This document shows, in pieces, positions 63,825-64,000 of a stretch of DNA of 64,000 bases. Made by a program: the position numbers and the translations under genes. A model generated the notes under the pieces. The model was not told the origin of the DNA and made no database searches. It saw nothing but the letters and a program-made list of their open reading frames with translations. The stretch covers positions 5,724-69,723 of the forward strand of contig CAYODY010000001.1 in the NCBI GenBank assembly GCA_964402965.1, given 5' to 3'. This DNA is from an uncultured Candidatus Saccharibacteria bacterium. Its GTDB lineage: Bacteria > Patescibacteriota > Doudnabacteria > UBA920. Every line of letters starts with the position of its first letter. Position 1 is the first letter of the stretch.

Positions 63825-64000
63825 GTCTGTTCCTCCATATAATATAGCCTAGAAAGCTTTAAGCGGAATTGCTTTAACTTTCCGTTAAAGTAACACAGAA
63901 TTGAGGAAATGTCAATATTTGAGTAAGTCTTATTTGTTCTAATCTTCGCCCTTGTCTTACCATTTCTACAGTTGATATTTTTACGTCAGACTACTTAGGG

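Noticed and set aside
1-64000. Possibility of an alternative genetic code (UGA = Gly, as in Gracilibacteria/Absconditabacteria), and of CRISPR arrays, tRNAs, transposases or prophage.
   Set aside because: All housekeeping genes (alaS, gltX, rpoA, the r-proteins) are intact under the standard code. No spaced direct-repeat arrays, no tRNA-like cloverleaf signatures and no transposase or integrase ORFs were seen by eye. A tRNAscan/Infernal run would still be needed for certainty.

Overview
The window is 64 kb of low-GC (about 35-38%), gene-dense bacterial chromosome read in the standard genetic code. The proteins look monoderm and Patescibacteria/CPR-like. Evidence is sortase plus LPXTG surface proteins, an AlaRS that lacks the C-terminal C-Ala domain, terminal extensions on ribosomal proteins S11, S9 and L27, and many small orphan membrane proteins. 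The lineage call is inference.

- **1-25 kb, cell-surface locus.** This region makes and decorates surface glycan.
  - It holds rmlBCDA on the minus strand, with rmlA running off the window.
  - It holds three GT2 glycosyltransferases, one of them GtrB/Dpm1-like.
  - It holds a Cys-type sortase.
  - It holds a secreted S8 subtilase and an adjacent secreted protein that share a tandem ~55-aa repeat module.
  - It holds a Wzx-like flippase, a RibL/TagD-family nucleotidyltransferase, a GT4, a Wzy/WaaL-like ligase and the CtpA S41 protease.
- **GC-rich island at 7117-8046.** One gene inside the surface locus is about 55% GC. It has its own consensus sigma70 promoter, a long leader and a terminator. 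It encodes a secreted protein with a (PS)n linker and a glycine-zipper C-terminus. It is a probable horizontal acquisition.
- **16-30 kb, housekeeping.** Genes here are rhodanese, truB, msrA, msrB, AlkD-like glycosylase, alaS and a SIS-domain isomerase, plus several hypothetical membrane proteins.
- **30.2-34.9 kb, ribosomal operon.** The order is infA-rpmJ-rpsM-rpsK-rpsD-rpoA-rplQ-rplM-rpsI. A consensus promoter sits in front and a terminator behind.
- **35.05-40.0 kb, giant adhesin plus sortase paralogue.**
  - The adhesin is 1421 aa. It carries Cys-rich DCNPDPCD repeats, acidic repeats, Cna-B/SpaA-like modules and a C-terminal LPRTG sorting signal.
  - The adjacent sortase paralogue has Ser in place of the catalytic Cys.
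- **40-47.4 kb.** Genes are hup (HU), an orphan receiver, an EamA transporter, unknown proteins, a cytoplasmic GAF histidine kinase, mltG and an EAL protein.
- **47.4-50.3 kb, def-fmt operon with an insertion.** Two tandem oligoribonuclease-like paralogues sit between fmt and def. One is catalytically degenerate. A 90-aa unknown gene is upstream of def.
- **50.4-58.8 kb, wall-remodelling genes.**
  - A CAP/YkwD protein, a GT26-NUDIX fusion and gltX come first.
  - A peptidoglycan-remodelling cluster follows. It has an M23 peptidase and a small membrane protein. It also has two paralogous membrane-hairpin proteins that carry an SLT-like and an M15-like hydrolase domain respectively.
- **58.8-64 kb.** Features are a GIY-YIG protein, an unexplained ~640-bp AT-rich non-coding region, an IscS/NifS desulfurase preceded by tandem 19-bp repeats and a candidate 34-aa leader peptide, an RNA methyltransferase, rpmA and a zinc-ribbon protein.

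I could not support any tRNA, rRNA, CRISPR array, transposase or integrase.
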